Shown: positions 23,034 to 24,000 of the stretch, piece after piece | Numbering within the stretch: position 1 is the stretch's first letter | Layout: each line of letters begins with the position of its first letter | Source: an uncultured Synergistaceae bacterium | GTDB taxonomy: Bacteria; Synergistota; Synergistia; Synergistales; Dethiosulfovibrionaceae | Direction: 5' to 3' | Length of the DNA stretch: 24,000 bases | Assembly: GCA_964509435.1 (NCBI GenBank) | Contig: CAZDXA010000007.1 | Span: 53,059-77,058 of the forward strand | Position numbers and translations under genes: made by a program | Notes under the pieces: model-generated | The model's input: the letters and a program-made list of their open reading frames with translations, nothing else | What the model was told of the DNA's origin: nothing | Database searches by the model: none

Positions 23034-24000
23034 ATGTCAAAAATCAAAAGACCTCAGAGGGCATCGGTCACGTTCTTTCCGAACGCTGTGCCAGGGCTGA
23101 AAAAACACAGCACAGGGAAGAACCGTAAACAGCAGTTTACTGCGGCAGGACTGGCACTTGCAGGTGTTCTGTTCATCTGCGGTCCGGAAGCAGCATACCC
23201 CGGCACTATCACTTTGGAAGGAGACACCGAAACTCTTTACAACGTGGGAATCATCACTGGTGTCGGTCATGCCAACGGAGATTATTACGAATACAATCAT
23301 CCCGACAGAAACCTTGTGATCAACTGGGATGTACAGCGCAGGGGCTCTGCAGCACCCATCCGCAACACCAGCGTCACGGCAAAGAGCCTGACCATGAACT
23401 CAACCAGCGGCACTGACCAGTGGTCCAACAAGGGTATTTTCACAGACTGCCCTTTCGGCGGACCGTTCCGTGAAATCTATATCAAAGTGTCTGAAAATAT
23501 CGACATCACATCAGGACATTACACGATTTTCAGCGATCCCGGCAAGATTCACATTGAAGGCTTTAAAAACCTGACAGCGCGCTCAGCCAGCACAGCCGAA
23601 AACAGCGGCTATGTGGTTTCGAATGTTTCTGTCAACGGCTTAAGCAGTGCTATCAGCATCGTCGGCACCGAGGACAGCACGATCAGTCTTATTTCAGAAA
23701 AAAGCAGCAATCCGGCAAAACTGAGAAGCGTAGTTGAAGACGCCTCCACCGAAGGCATTCTGGTCAAAGGCGGAACAGTAAACATAAAGCGCATTGCCGA
23801 CGAAAATCAGCCGCTGGTTGAAATAGGACACCACACCGTTGCCGGCGGCAGCATCGATATTGAAGGCAGCAGCAGCGTAAACATCGGCAGCGATACGAAT
23901 CAGTATGCTGTAGAAAGCAAGGCAAAGGCTGCAGGCACTTCTAACATATGGATCAACAAGTCCTCTGCAGGTGTCGTGAAAATCAACGGCCGCATTGTGG
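23034..24000 (+). CDS. Large secreted/surface beta-repeat protein (autotransporter-passenger- or adhesin-like); 5' part only, runs off the right edge
   Basis: Own translation: the frame is open from ATG 23034 to the window end (322 codons), with an in-frame stop at 22980-22982 upstream. N-terminus MSKIKRPQRASVTFFPNAVPGLKKHSTGKNRKQQFTAAGLALAGVLFICGPEAAYP has a basic region, a hydrophobic core and an Ala-rich cleavage-like site. Then come Gly/Ser/Asn/Thr-rich short beta-strand repeats (ISIVGTEDSTISLI, GGTVNIKRI, GGSIDIEGSSSVNIGS, NIWINKSSAGVVKINGRIV). Not in the ORF track because no stop lies in the window. The RBS is weak. Confidence 0.7.
   Translation, partial: MSKIKRPQRASVTFFPNAVPGLKKHSTGKNRKQQFTAAGLALAGVLFICGPEAAYPGTITLEGDTETLYNVGIITGVGHANGDYYEYNHPDRNLVINWDVQRRGSAAPIRNTSVTAKSLTMNSTSGTDQWSNKGIFTDCPFGGPFREIYIKVSENIDITSGHYTIFSDPGKIHIEGFKNLTARSASTAENSGYVVSNVSVNGLSSAISIVGTEDSTISLISEKSSNPAKLRSVVEDASTEGILVKGGTVNIKRIADENQPLVEIGHHTVAGGSIDIEGSSSVNIGSDTNQYAVESKAKAAGTSNIWINKSSAGVVKINGRIV

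Noticed and set aside
22745-23300. 127-aa plus ORF (22745-23128) and 87-aa minus ORF (23037-23300)
   Set aside because: The first runs through the AT-rich promoter region and out of frame into the surface-protein gene. The second is antisense to it. Neither has an RBS or protein-like composition.
1-24000. Window-wide look for CRISPR arrays, tRNA/rRNA genes, IS elements or long direct repeats
   Set aside because: I noticed no regularly spaced repeats, no cloverleaf-like or rRNA-like segments in the few intergenic gaps, and no transposase or integrase ORFs. The only recurring long motif is the AACTTATTAT palindrome reported as a finding.

Overview
Gene-dense, moderately GC-rich bacterial chromosomal window with genes on both strands. 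I saw no rRNA, tRNA, CRISPR array, transposase or integrase. The centre (11.9-16.3 kb) is the conserved housekeeping operon ylxM-ffh-rpsP-KH protein-rimM-trmD-rplS, driven by a textbook sigma70 promoter and closed by a strong bidirectional terminator. Its odd member is trmD, which is about 145 codons too long; the extension looks like a divergent Tm1570-type SPOUT domain, so this may be a tandem-knot fusion. The left flank (0-11.7 kb) is accessory: a partial Isf-like flavoprotein, two tandem aldo/keto reductases with a divergent LysR regulator, an RpiR regulator next to about 480 bp of unexplained non-coding DNA, an overlapping XRE/ImmA-like pair, and a second LysR. It also carries an ArsR-controlled Zn/Cd-type P1B ATPase locus whose metal-binding domain is a separate 72-aa gene, and a translationally coupled LUD-domain plus atypical asparaginase-fold pair. 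The right flank (16.4-24 kb) runs on the minus strand: a signal-peptide nitroreductase, an M20 (PepV-like) dipeptidase, two uncharacterised polytopic membrane proteins, a GntR/FCD regulator and an MFS transporter. It ends with a partial beta-repeat surface protein on the plus strand. One palindromic motif (AACTTATTAT / ATAATAAGTT) sits over both candidate promoters of the GntR-linked operons, which suggests a small regulon around the unknown membrane pair. Coding calls rest on the supplied ORF track and my own reading of motifs. Start codons were refined by Shine-Dalgarno position. All family assignments are by eye, with no database search.
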